A stretch of 64,000 nt of DNA from Thermoplasmata archaeon (GTDB lineage Archaea > Thermoplasmatota > Thermoplasmata > RBG-16-68-12 > JAFNFQ01), in the NCBI GenBank assembly GCA_041489255.1, contig JBGPQV010000007.1, positions 1 through 64,000 of the forward strand, written 5' to 3'. The notes beneath the pieces were generated by a model that saw nothing but the letters and a program-made list of their open reading frames with translations, had not been told where the DNA came from and ran no database searches. A program made the translations under genes and the position numbers. Below, in pieces: positions 10,173 to 19,440 of this stretch. Every line of letters begins with the position of its first letter. Position 1 is the stretch's first letter.

Positions 10173-11126
10173 TTGACGAAGGTTATTTCTATCGACGGGA
10201 CCAATCAACCTGAGGAGATGCGTGTGAAGTTGTCGGAACAGTCTCCTGCGCAGGACCCTCAGGAACCGGATTCGCATCCGAAGCTGACATTGATACGAGC
10301 AAAGGGTTCGCGGTCGGAGATGTACGCCAATGTCCTCGCGGTTATTGCCACTGTATTTGCGATTCTAGTAGCGATAGCATTGTTCTGGTGGGCCAATTCA
10401 GGTATCATCAGCTCCTGCGAAACCTGCGGACCAGTCGTCCTCAGCGCTCCGGAGAGGGGGGGCGAACCCTCGAATTATACCGTGACGTTCATGGTCGTAC
10501 ATGGACCGCAGAACGGGTTCGAGAGCCTTACGAACTTCAAGACATTGATGGTGAGGGACGGCGAGCCGCTTGTCGCTCGTGCCCTGGACCTGAACGCATC
10601 GGGCCCCATGCGGTTCGGGTCGAACGTCACGCTGTCCTTCACCGACACCGAGAGAGACGGCCGGTTGACTTCAGGTGACGGATTCCTCGTCTTCGGCATG
10701 ACGGGTATTCACGAATGGAAGTTCCACCTCATCAGCCCGAGTGGGGACCTGCTGAGCTCAGTGACCTGGGTCACGCCTTACATAAGCACAACTGCCGTGC
10801 AGACGGGTGGAGGCGGCACGAATCAAACCGCGACCTTCAGCATTGCCGAGGCGTCCGAGCATATCCCTCTCTCCTCGAACTTGAAGGTGTATCTGTCAGG
10901 GTACGGTTGGACACTTCCGAATTCTCCGATGACATTGCAGGCAGGCGGTATCATGTATTTCGGTTCAAACGTCTCTCTGATATTCACTGATATCGGAGGT
11001 GACGGTCAATTGAGCTCGGGAGACGGATTCCTTTTCTACGGGATGGGAAGCGGATCATGGGCATTGCGCTTAATATGCGGCCCGGATGTACTCCTGATAC
11101 ATTCCTTGTCTTGGGATACGACTTGA
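10173..11126 (+). CDS. Membrane-anchored surface protein, pilin-like, two internal repeats
   Basis: Single N-terminal TM helix; duplicated FGSNV.L.FTD...DG.L.SGDGFL..GM unit; start uncertain. Confidence 0.7.
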   Translation: MTKVISIDGTNQPEEMRVKLSEQSPAQDPQEPDSHPKLTLIRAKGSRSEMYANVLAVIATVFAILVAIALFWWANSGIISSCETCGPVVLSAPERGGEPSNYTVTFMVVHGPQNGFESLTNFKTLMVRDGEPLVARALDLNASGPMRFGSNVTLSFTDTERDGRLTSGDGFLVFGMTGIHEWKFHLISPSGDLLSSVTWVTPYISTTAVQTGGGGTNQTATFSIAEASEHIPLSSNLKVYLSGYGWTLPNSPMTLQAGGIMYFGSNVSLIFTDIGGDGQLSSGDGFLFYGMGSGSWALRLICGPDVLLIHSLSWDTT

Positions 11127-11150
11127 AAGCTCTTATCCTCAGACGTAGCC

Positions 11151-11231
11151 AAGATTCTGGCCACGATTCTCTCCGGATACGGGCAGAGGATGAAGTGCGA
11201 GGTGGACCAAAGGGGTGTCAGGATTCTCTGA
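11151..11231 (+). repeat. Orphan duplicate of the pantoate-kinase 3' end
   Basis: Encodes KILATILSGYGQRMKCEVDQRGVRIL* vs EMLATILSPYGQRLKCEVDQKGARLL* (10059-10139), 19/26 aa identical. Confidence 0.93.
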
Positions 11232-11240
11232 CCCACCTCT

Positions 11241-11609
11241 GTGGACTTTCGGAAGCCTTCAATCGCCCATCCGAAGGTTACACATAGTGCACACGTCAAT
11301 GCACCTGTCGTGATTCACTCATCAAAGGCTCCGGAATTGCGATTCGCCCGCCCAGGCGCAAATCCCACTTTGGAGACAATTGAGTACATCGACGGAGCAT
11401 TACGCGGCGCAAATCGTCCTATGAGCCGTAACGAGTTGCTCTCTATCCTCGCCTCCTGGGGACATTCCACGACCCTCCAGAGCATAAACGCCGCCCTCGC
11501 ATTCCTCGGTGAGGCTGGCATGATTGCAGAAGGGAGCAAAGGACTCGTCTATGTACCGACCGCCTCGCCTACGCTCCTGAAAGCCATCCGAGAAGGATCG
11601 AAATCGTGA
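11241..11609 (+). CDS. Small hypothetical protein, possibly winged-helix DNA-binding
   Basis: PMSRNELL...TTLQSINAALAFL.EAGMI pattern; start uncertain. Confidence 0.55.
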   Translation: MDFRKPSIAHPKVTHSAHVNAPVVIHSSKAPELRFARPGANPTLETIEYIDGALRGANRPMSRNELLSILASWGHSTTLQSINAALAFLGEAGMIAEGSKGLVYVPTASPTLLKAIREGSKS

Positions 11610-11633
11610 GCCCTGTCGGAGACGGGGAATCAT

Positions 11634-12551
11634 CTATGAGACGGGTCTCGGCAGCAGCCCCGCCTTCTCCACGATCTCCGCCACCTTCTCCTCCCACTCT
11701 ATCGCCATGATGTGCACGCCGTGCACGCCCTCGATCTTCCTCAGCGCCTCGATTGTCTCCAATGCTATCTTGACGCCCTCGGCCTTCGCGTCGCTCGCCT
11801 TCTTCATCCTCTCGACAAGCGATTCGGGCACGGTCATCCCGAGCACCTTGTCATTGACGAACTTCGCAGCGCCGAGTGATTTCAGAGGGACCACACCGCC
11901 GATGATGTGAACCTTCTTGTGCAGCCCCTGGGCTCTCACTGCCGCCATCCACTTCTCGAACCTCTCGACTTCGAAGACACCTTGTGTCTGCACAAAGTCG
12001 GCTCCCGCCACGACCTTCTTCTCCAGCCTCGGGACCCTGTACTCGGCCGGGTCCGCAAGGGGGTTCTCGGCCGCCCCGATGAACAGCTTCGGCGGGACGT
12101 CCATAACCTCACCGTTCTGGAACTTCCTCTCGTCCCGCATCCTCCTGGCCATGTCGATCATCTGTATCGAGTCGAGGTCGAACACGCCCTTGGCCTCTGG
12201 ATGGTTTCCGAGCTTCTGGTGGTCTCCCGTCAGCAAAAGGACGTTCCTTATACCGACCGCCGACGCCCCGAGCAGGTCGCTCTGGATCGCGATCCTGTTC
12301 CTGTCTCTGGCGGTGATCTGCATGACCGGCTCGATGCCCTCTTTCAGAAGTATCGTTGCGGCGGCGAAACTCGACAGCTTGACTATCGCGGCCTGATTGT
12401 CTGTGATGTTGGCAGCGTCGACCTTGCCCTTGATCAGCTTGGCCTTCTGCCTGATGACGTCGCCGCTCGCGCTCTTTGGCGGGCCGCATTCGCAGGTGAC
12501 GGCGAACTGCCCCTTCTCCAGGACCTTCTCGAGGTTGCTCCCCGCCTTCAT
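11634..12551 (-). CDS. metF: Methylenetetrahydrofolate reductase large subunit
   Basis: ECGPPK, DAANITDNQ, EPVMQITARDRNRIAIQSDLLGA, LTGDH, GADFVQTQ, GVHIMAI. Confidence 0.95.
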   Translation of the reverse strand: MKAGSNLEKVLEKGQFAVTCECGPPKSASGDVIRQKAKLIKGKVDAANITDNQAAIVKLSSFAAATILLKEGIEPVMQITARDRNRIAIQSDLLGASAVGIRNVLLLTGDHQKLGNHPEAKGVFDLDSIQMIDMARRMRDERKFQNGEVMDVPPKLFIGAAENPLADPAEYRVPRLEKKVVAGADFVQTQGVFEVERFEKWMAAVRAQGLHKKVHIIGGVVPLKSLGAAKFVNDKVLGMTVPESLVERMKKASDAKAEGVKIALETIEALRKIEGVHGVHIMAIEWEEKVAEIVEKAGLLPRPVS

Positions 12552-13219
12552 GGGACCACCTCTTCCTCCTTAACGGTCTTCCGAGGCCCGCCGTGCCCGG
12601 CGATATCCCACCTTTTTGGCGGTTGAATCTTCGACATCCATTCGAGCCTGTTCGTCGCCTTGAGCTTCTCGTAGATGAGGGCCCACGCGCAGTCCGTCTC
12701 CGGGTCGACCTCGCACTTGCCGTTCTGCGAGCCGCCGCAGGGGCCGTTCATCATCTGCTTGGCGCACCTCGTGATCGGGCAGATGCCGCCGGTGAGATGG
12801 AGCATGCAGTCCCCGCACGCCCTGCAGTTCTCCAGCCAGACGGCATGCTTGGTCGGGAAGCCCATCATTGTCGTGTTCAGCGCGGGAAGCACTGGCTTCT
12901 CCGGGTACATCTCGGCGACCAGCTGTACTCCGATGCCGCAGGCCATCGAGAGAACCGCGTCGGCGTCCCTGACCTTGTCCTTCATCTCGCCGACCCATTC
13001 CCTCTCGCACTGCCTCTCTATCGTGCCCTCGACGACCTTGACCTTGTGTCCGGTCTTCTTGCCGCTGATTCTGAGGAGCGATGACAGGACGCTGACTTCC
13101 TTCTCCCCTCCGGCGAGGCAGACCGTGACGCATGTCCCGCAGCCGGCGACGAATATCCTGTCGTAGCCCTTTGTCATCTCAAGGATCTCTGCGACCGGTT
13201 TCCGCTCGCCGACGATCAT
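12548..13219 (-). CDS. metV: MTHFR small Fe-S/Zn subunit
   Basis: GCGTCVTVCLAGG, RQCE, ACGIGVQ, CRACGDC...GGICPITRCAK..MNGPCGGS..GKCEV...CAW. Confidence 0.93.
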   Translation of the reverse strand: MIVGERKPVAEILEMTKGYDRIFVAGCGTCVTVCLAGGEKEVSVLSSLLRISGKKTGHKVKVVEGTIERQCEREWVGEMKDKVRDADAVLSMACGIGVQLVAEMYPEKPVLPALNTTMMGFPTKHAVWLENCRACGDCMLHLTGGICPITRCAKQMMNGPCGGSQNGKCEVDPETDCAWALIYEKLKATNRLEWMSKIQPPKRWDIAGHGGPRKTVKEEEVVP

Positions 13220-13683
13220 TTCGCGACCCCTTTCCTCAGGGGGCTCGGCCCGAGCCTCCTCACCTTCTCTGTCATGTCCGCGATCATCTCGGCGAACTTG
13301 CTTGCCATGGCGGACGAGAGGTTGTACATCTCGACCCGCTCAGGCTCGATGCCGACCTCCTCAAGCAGCTTCTTTGCGGCGGCGACCCTCTTCTTCGCCC
13401 TGAAGTTGCCGTTCATGAAGTGACAGTCGCCATCGAGGCAGCCCATGACCATGACGCCGTCCGCGCCGTCCTCGATTGCCCTGAGCAGGTAGAGTATCTC
13501 GATCTTCCCGGAGCACGGGAGCCTGATGACCCTCGCGTTCGGCGGGTAGTTCAGCCTCATCGAGCCCGCAAGGTCCGCGGCGGCGTATGCGCAGAAGTTG
13601 CAGCAGAAAGCGACTATCCTCGGCTGGAACGACGCGTTCGCCTCAATCCCCTTCTTCACCGCCGCCACCGCCTCAGCCGCCAT
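13216..13683 (-). CDS. mvhD: MvhD-type [2Fe-2S] subunit
   Basis: AFCCNFCAYAAADLAG, RLPCSGK, GADGV...GC..GDCHF..GN. Confidence 0.95.
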   Translation of the reverse strand: MAAEAVAAVKKGIEANASFQPRIVAFCCNFCAYAAADLAGSMRLNYPPNARVIRLPCSGKIEILYLLRAIEDGADGVMVMGCLDGDCHFMNGNFRAKKRVAAAKKLLEEVGIEPERVEMYNLSSAMASKFAEMIADMTEKVRRLGPSPLRKGVAK

Positions 13684-16600
13684 TCGTCGCACCTCCGATG
13701 AGGGCGTCCACCATCGGGATTATTTGATCGTCCTCGTAGCTCTTCAGCACTATCGCCTTGGCGGGACACTCCGCCGTGCATATGCCGCACCCGCGACACT
13801 TCGCCATGTTCACTTCGGCGAGACCCTCCTTGTCGATAAATATGGCGTCGTATGGGCATATTCTCAGGCATGTCATGCAGCTGGAGCATTTCTCGGGCAG
13901 GACATGCGCCACCACGCCTCCGACCTCGATGAACTCGCGCGAGATGATCGCCATGCCCCTCGCGGCCGCCGCACATCCCTGGGCAACAGAGTCGCCCACG
14001 TCCCTCGGGAACTGCGCACCGCCAGCGATGAATATCCCGCTGTTCGTCGCGTCCACTGGCGCGAGCTTCACGTGTGCTTCCTGGATGAAACCCTCGGGCG
14101 AGGAGCTGATCCTCAGGGCCCTCGTGAGCTCCTCGGAACCCCGGGAGGGAATCCCGCCGACGGACAATATGAGGAGGTCGAGCGTGAGATCGAGAGTCGA
14201 CCTCATGAGCGGGTCCTTGACGACGATTCTCGGCTTTTCGGCTATCGAAACTTTCGGCATCTCATCGAATGAATAGGCCACGAACCTGACGCCGAGGTTC
14301 TGAACCTCCTCATAGAGCAGTTCCTGCGTCCAGGTCGTCCGCATGCTCTCATAGAGGACGTACACGTTCGCCTTCGGATATCTCCGCTTCAGCTCCCGCG
14401 CGGATTTCAGGCCGCTCGCGCAGCAGAACCGCGAGCAGTAGCCGTTGCGGCCCCACCTCATGTCCGCGCACAGGAGGACGGCGATGTTCTTCGGATCCGC
14501 GACAAAGCTGTCCAGCTTTCCTCTCGTCGGCCCGGTCTTGGAGATGAGCCTCTCCAGTTCGGCGGTGGTCAGCACGGCCTTCGACTTCCTGTGGCCCCAG
14601 CGTTTCAGCTCTTCCCTGTCCCCCGCCTCGAACCCCGTCGCCACGACGATTGCGCCGAACTCAAGTTCGAAGTCCTTGGAGCTCAGGTCGATCGCGCCCG
14701 GCTTGCAGACCTTGACGCACTCTCCGCACTTCGTGCACGCCTCCGCGTCGATGTAGTACCTTGGCGGGTAGGTATCCTTCCTGTAGATTGCCCTCCTCGA
14801 GAACAGCCCCTCCTCGAATTCGTCCGGCACCTTGACCGGGCAGACCTTCGCGCACTCGCCGCAAAGGCTGCATTTATCGGAGACGAACTCGTTCGAAGTG
14901 GCGGTAAGTGTGAAATTGCCGACGTACCCCCCGACATCGTCGATCGTCGTCGACGTGTGCAGATGGAACTTGTCAGACTCTGAGAGTTCGCGGGTAATCT
15001 CGGATATCAGCTCCCCGCCAGGAATCTCCTGGGGATAGACCGCGCTGAACTTCGCGACATTCCCGCCCACGTATGGTCTCCTCTCGATGAGGTGCGTCTC
15101 GAACCCGTTCGAGACGAACTCCCTTGCCGCGGACAGCCCGGCGATGCCGCCGCCGATCACCACCGCCCTCGGCACGACGCCGACAGTCGTCACGTCGAGC
15201 GCCGAGAGGTTCGCCGCCCTCGCCGCTGACATCATGACTAGGTCCTTCGCCTTCGACAGTGCGGCGGGCCCATCAGGGTGGACCCATGAGCACTGGTTCC
15301 TGATGTTCGCCATGTCGAGGAGGAACGGGTTCAGCCCCGCCTCCCGCAGCGCCTCCTGGAAAGTCGCCTCGTGAGTTCTTGGGGTGCAGGCCGCCACGAC
15401 GACCCTCGTCAGCCCCTTCTCCCTGATGTTCTTCACCATGTTCTTCTGCCCCTCCTCGGAGCAGGAGAACATGTTCTCCTCGACGTAGACGACGCCTGGC
15501 AGCTCCTTTGAATACTCCAGGAGCTCTTTGATGTCGACCACGGAAGCGATGTTCTTGCCGCAGTGACAGATGAAGATCCCCGTGCGTATCTCGTCTGTGG
15601 ACAGCGCGGGATAGATTGGCGGCTCCGGGAACGACCTGTCCCCTTCCGTCTCCCCCGCCGCCCTCGCGGCCGCGCCGATGCCGCGGTAGGTCGAGTCGGT
15701 GATGTCCATCGGGCCGGCCACCATGCCCGCCAGATAGAGCCCGCCGCCAGTGCTGTCAAGCGGACCGCCGCTCGCGCGCGGCGCCTTCAGGAAGCCCCAC
15801 TTGTCCGTCTCCAGGCCGAGCATCCTCGCGAGTTCACCCGTGTCGTCCCTCGGTACGAGCGCGACGTTGAGCACGACCATGTCGAACGTCTTCGCCTTGA
15901 TCTTCCCCTCGTTGGTGTCCTCGTAGGTGACAGTCAGGCTCCCGTCGTCGTTCTCCGCGATCTCGGCGGGCCTGCCCCTGATGAACTCCGCGACCTTGTC
16001 CTCGTACCTTATCCTCCTGTAGAACTCCTCGTAGCCCTTCCCCGGGGCCCTGATGTCTATGTAGAAGATCGTGACCTCGGTGGACGGGTCGTGCTCCTTG
16101 ACGAGCAGCGCGTCCTTCATCCCGTACATGCAGCATACCTTCGAGCAGTACTCCTGCCCGGACTTGTGGTCCCGCGAGCCCACGCAGTTGATGAACGCGA
16201 CGCGCTTGGGTTCCTCCATATCCGACATGCGCACGAGGCGCCCCCGAGTCGGTCCGGCGGCGTTGATGAGCCTCTCCAGCTCCATCGTCGTCACGACGTT
16301 CGGATACTTCCTGTAGCCGAACTCCTCGAGGGCGGTCGGGTCGAACGTCGTCGCCCCCGTGGCCACAACTATCGCGCCGACCTCGAGACGGACGGTCTCA
16401 TCCGTCATCGAGAAGTCCACGCTCTTCGCGCCGCACGCTTCCGAGCACCTCTCGCACGCGATGAGATGCCCCTTGTTCAGGCACAGGTCCTTGTCGATCA
16501 CGTATGCCTGCGGCACGGCCTGCGGGAACGGCTGGTAGATTGCTTTCCTCGTCGAAAGCCCCAGGTCGAACTCGTTCGGGGCGGCGACCGGGCACGCCTT

Positions 16601-16933
16601 TGTGCAGTCGCCGCAGGCGGTGCAGTCGTCCCTGACCATACGGGCTTTCTGGAGTACTTCGACGGTGAAGTTGCCGGCTTCGCCCGAGACGCGCTTGACC
16701 TCCGCGTTGGTCATTATCGTGACCATGGGGTGCCGGGCCACCTCGAGCATCCTCGGTGCGAGTATGCACATCGAGCAGTCCATGGTGGGGAAGGTCTTGT
16801 CGAGGCGGGGCATGTTGCCGCCGATGCTCGGGCTTTTCTCGACGACGGTGACATGCACGCCCTGGTTCGCGATGTTGATGGCGGCCTGCATGCCGGCGAT
16901 CCCGCCGCCAATTACAATCGCCCCGCGGGTCAT
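13673..16933 (-). CDS. hdrA: Heterodisulfide reductase subunit A-like flavoprotein (two FAD domains, multiple 4Fe-4S)
   Basis: Two VIGGGIAG motifs, LDKTFPT.DC.MC, CVGSRD..YCS..CC, GIFICHCG, several CxxCxxCxxxCP; ATG 16933 overlaps hdrB stop. Confidence 0.95.
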   Translation of the reverse strand: MTRGAIVIGGGIAGMQAAINIANQGVHVTVVEKSPSIGGNMPRLDKTFPTMDCSMCILAPRMLEVARHPMVTIMTNAEVKRVSGEAGNFTVEVLQKARMVRDDCTACGDCTKACPVAAPNEFDLGLSTRKAIYQPFPQAVPQAYVIDKDLCLNKGHLIACERCSEACGAKSVDFSMTDETVRLEVGAIVVATGATTFDPTALEEFGYRKYPNVVTTMELERLINAAGPTRGRLVRMSDMEEPKRVAFINCVGSRDHKSGQEYCSKVCCMYGMKDALLVKEHDPSTEVTIFYIDIRAPGKGYEEFYRRIRYEDKVAEFIRGRPAEIAENDDGSLTVTYEDTNEGKIKAKTFDMVVLNVALVPRDDTGELARMLGLETDKWGFLKAPRASGGPLDSTGGGLYLAGMVAGPMDITDSTYRGIGAAARAAGETEGDRSFPEPPIYPALSTDEIRTGIFICHCGKNIASVVDIKELLEYSKELPGVVYVEENMFSCSEEGQKNMVKNIREKGLTRVVVAACTPRTHEATFQEALREAGLNPFLLDMANIRNQCSWVHPDGPAALSKAKDLVMMSAARAANLSALDVTTVGVVPRAVVIGGGIAGLSAAREFVSNGFETHLIERRPYVGGNVAKFSAVYPQEIPGGELISEITRELSESDKFHLHTSTTIDDVGGYVGNFTLTATSNEFVSDKCSLCGECAKVCPVKVPDEFEEGLFSRRAIYRKDTYPPRYYIDAEACTKCGECVKVCKPGAIDLSSKDFELEFGAIVVATGFEAGDREELKRWGHRKSKAVLTTAELERLISKTGPTRGKLDSFVADPKNIAVLLCADMRWGRNGYCSRFCCASGLKSARELKRRYPKANVYVLYESMRTTWTQELLYEEVQNLGVRFVAYSFDEMPKVSIAEKPRIVVKDPLMRSTLDLTLDLLILSVGGIPSRGSEELTRALRISSSPEGFIQEAHVKLAPVDATNSGIFIAGGAQFPRDVGDSVAQGCAAAARGMAIISREFIEVGGVVAHVLPEKCSSCMTCLRICPYDAIFIDKEGLAEVNMAKCRGCGICTAECPAKAIVLKSYEDDQIIPMVDALIGGATNGG

Positions 16934-17751
16934 TTCCTTCCTCCCGCCAGGGCGGCCATGATCGGACGGGTTGACACCACGTTCATGTCGAGCGCCGCCT
17001 CGGCTCCGAGCCCGAAGGCGAGCGCCATCAGCTGAGTGAAATAGACCACGGGAATCTGACCGTCCTTTCGGCCAGCCAAGGCTTCTTTCTGGTAGAGGTC
17101 GAGCATCATCCCGCACATCGGGCAGAGAGTCACGACCGCGTGAGCGTCCGTCGCCTTGGCGGTTTTGAGGATCATCCCGCCCATCTCCACCGCCCGCGAG
17201 TGCTTCGAGAGCGTTATCGGCCCGCCGCAGCACTTCATCTTGGCGGCGAACCTGACCGGCTCCCCGCCGAGCGCCCTCGTCAGCTCGTCGAGCTTCTTCG
17301 GGTCCTCCGCGCTGTCGAACGTGGGGTCGACGCGCGTCAGGAGACACCCGTAGTACGAGGCGACCTTGAGCCCCTTGAGCGGCGCACTCACCTTTTCCCT
17401 CACCGCCGCCAGCCCGACGTCATCGTACACGAGCTGAAACAGGTGCTGCACCTTCGGCGGCCTCGCATTCTGCTTCGCGAGGTGCTCCTCCGCGCCCTTG
17501 AGGTTCTTGAAGCACGCGGAGCAGGGCGTGACGAGCGATCCTCCTTTCACCATCCCGAGGTTCCTTGTCCCGAGGCCGAGGGAGATGTCGTAGCTGTAGG
17601 AAGCGGTCGGCGTGGCCCCGCAGCAGACCCAGTCGGGCATCTCCTCGAGGAGAACGCCGAGGGCCTTGCAGACCGCGATCGCGGAGTCGCCGTATTCCAC
17701 GGCGGTGGAGTGGACCGAGCAGCCGGGGAAGTAGGGGTAGGACCTCGCCAG
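16930..17751 (-). CDS. hdrB: Heterodisulfide reductase subunit B-like (CCG domains), probable CTG start
   Basis: YPYFPGC, WVCCGA, TPCSAC, YYGC, KCCGG, TLCPMC; in-frame CTG at 17751, 9 nt after GGAGG. Confidence 0.9.
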   Translation of the reverse strand: MARSYPYFPGCSVHSTAVEYGDSAIAVCKALGVLLEEMPDWVCCGATPTASYSYDISLGLGTRNLGMVKGGSLVTPCSACFKNLKGAEEHLAKQNARPPKVQHLFQLVYDDVGLAAVREKVSAPLKGLKVASYYGCLLTRVDPTFDSAEDPKKLDELTRALGGEPVRFAAKMKCCGGPITLSKHSRAVEMGGMILKTAKATDAHAVVTLCPMCGMMLDLYQKEALAGRKDGQIPVVYFTQLMALAFGLGAEAALDMNVVSTRPIMAALAGGRK

Positions 17752-17752
17752 C

Positions 17753-18316
17753 TCAACCGCCCTCCTTGAACTTCTTCTTCAGGTCATTCAGGTCCGTCAT
17801 GCTCTTGGCGGGCAGACCGAGCTTGCCGTGCTTGAACAGGGAGAGGGCGGCGCCTCGCATGGACAGCAACGAGAGCGGCGAGGTGCGCATGGCGTAGCGG
17901 ATCATCATCTCGGGCTCGTAGACCCGCCCCCTCTTGAGCACGTTCCTGACGAACTCCTCCGCCGAGGCCCTGTCCTCGAGATCCGCGATGCCGGCGGCTA
18001 TGGACATGTTGCGCAGCTTCATCATCAGGTCCGCGACGGGGATTCCCTTGGGGCATCTCGTCGTGCATGCGAGGCAGTTCGTGCATAGGAAGATCATCTT
18101 CGACTTCAGCGCCGCCTCGATGTCTCCTCGGGCGACGAGGTTCACGATCATCCGGGGAGTGTAGTCCGCGAGGGGCGCGACACCGCAGGAACCCGAGCAG
18201 GTGCCGCACTGCATGCATCTCCTGAGCAGCTTCAGGTCCTTGAAAGCGAGAAGTCTCGACTCCCACGCAGAGTCACGAGATGCCTGTGCGCTGACCTGCT
18301 TGGCGAACTCGGCCAT
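17753..18316 (-). CDS. hdrC: Heterodisulfide reductase subunit C-like (2x 4Fe-4S)
   Basis: CMQCGTCSGSC and CTNCLACTTRCPKGI motifs. Confidence 0.92.
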   Translation of the reverse strand: MAEFAKQVSAQASRDSAWESRLLAFKDLKLLRRCMQCGTCSGSCGVAPLADYTPRMIVNLVARGDIEAALKSKMIFLCTNCLACTTRCPKGIPVADLMMKLRNMSIAAGIADLEDRASAEEFVRNVLKRGRVYEPEMMIRYAMRTSPLSLLSMRGAALSLFKHGKLGLPAKSMTDLNDLKKKFKEGG

Positions 18317-18518
18317 GGTGCAACCTGCTTCGCTGTCTCGAATGTCCAGAACTAGTGAGTCCTGAGACAGTGGTGCGAAATGGGTGATGGCTATTAAGCG
18401 ATTCCGAATTACCGAAGGTATCCATCCATACGGAGCGGAGAACGCCGCGGGGCATGTCGGGGCCGTCGCTGAAGGGCGGCGGGAATGCGTTATATAGAGC
18501 CTGAGGTTCTTTGGACGC

Positions 18519-18591
18519 AGCCCCGTGGTGTAGTGGCCTAGCATACGGGCCTTTGGAGCCTGTGACGGCAGTTCAAATCTGCCCGGGGCTG
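18519..18591 (+). tRNA. tRNA-Gln (anticodon TTG)
   Basis: AGCCCCG/CGGGGCT acceptor stem, CGGGC-CT-TTG-GA-GCCTG anticodon arm, GTTCAAATC T-loop; TATA box TTATATA at 18490. Confidence 0.96.
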
Positions 18592-18700
18592 TTTCTAGGG
18601 GTCGATCCATCGCGCCTTTCTGGCTGTCAGGTACGCCATCGCGACGGCGAAAAGGATGGATATCGTGAGAGAACGACGACGGGCGCGCAGTTCGGCTGAA

Positions 18701-18895
18701 CTATTCTTCAGCCCTTCTTGCCCATTTCGCAGCCATGACGAGCAGCACTATCCAGATTATCGAGGCAGGGTAGATGAAAATGAGCTGCTCCGGAGATGTG
18801 AAGAGGCTTATCAGCGCGATCGAGACCAAGGTCACGATGAAACCGATTGCCACTCCATACAGCACCGCACCCCTGTGGAACTTGATGCGCATCAA
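18701..18895 (-). CDS. Small 2-TM membrane protein
   Basis: Two hydrophobic helices; abuts nitroreductase stop. Confidence 0.6.
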   Translation of the reverse strand: MMRIKFHRGAVLYGVAIGFIVTLVSIALISLFTSPEQLIFIYPASIIWIVLLVMAAKWARRAEE

Positions 18896-19414
18896 TCACC
18901 ACTCTTCGAGGTGGATGAATTCCTCCAGGCGGAGGTGCATGCGTGGTTCCGGATGTTCAGCGGGATAACCGATAGGGAGGATTGCGACGGGTCTCGCATG
19001 GGCCGGGAGTCCGAGGACCCGCCTAGCCTTCTTCTCGTCGAACGAGCCCACCCACACCGTGCCAAGCCCCCTCTCGTGCAGCGCGAGCATGAGGTTCTGG
19101 ACGGCCGCCGCTGAATCCTGGACGGCGTACAGCTCCTTCCCCCTGTCGCCGTATTCCGCCACGCGCTCGAGGTTTGCGATCGCGACGATGACCGCCGGCG
19201 CCTGCGCGATGAACTCCTGGCCGAGCGCGGTGACGACAAGGTCGTCCTTTGTCTGCTGGTTCCTTATGACGATGAAGTCCCTCGACTGGAGGTTCCCGGC
19301 AGAAGGCGCCCAGCTCGCGAGCTCCAGAGACTCGTCGATCAGTATCTGAGGGACATCCTTCGATGTGTAGGACCTGATGCTCCGCCTGCTCCGAATCGCT
19401 GTGTCGAGTTCCAT
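18896..19414 (-). CDS. Nitroreductase family protein
   Basis: RRSIRSY, WAPSAGNLQ, AVQNLMLA...GLGTVWVG, PIGYP. Confidence 0.93.
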   Translation of the reverse strand: MELDTAIRSRRSIRSYTSKDVPQILIDESLELASWAPSAGNLQSRDFIVIRNQQTKDDLVVTALGQEFIAQAPAVIVAIANLERVAEYGDRGKELYAVQDSAAAVQNLMLALHERGLGTVWVGSFDEKKARRVLGLPAHARPVAILPIGYPAEHPEPRMHLRLEEFIHLEEW

Positions 19415-19440
19415 GGGATGCCTTCCGTTCCGGCAGACGG

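Noticed and set aside
13216-18316. Hdr/MvhD as evidence of methanogenesis
   Set aside because: Linked to metVF; no mcr, mtr or mvhAG in the window
18519-18700. tRNA-Gln as an integration site
   Set aside because: No duplicate of its 3' end and no integrase noticed in the window
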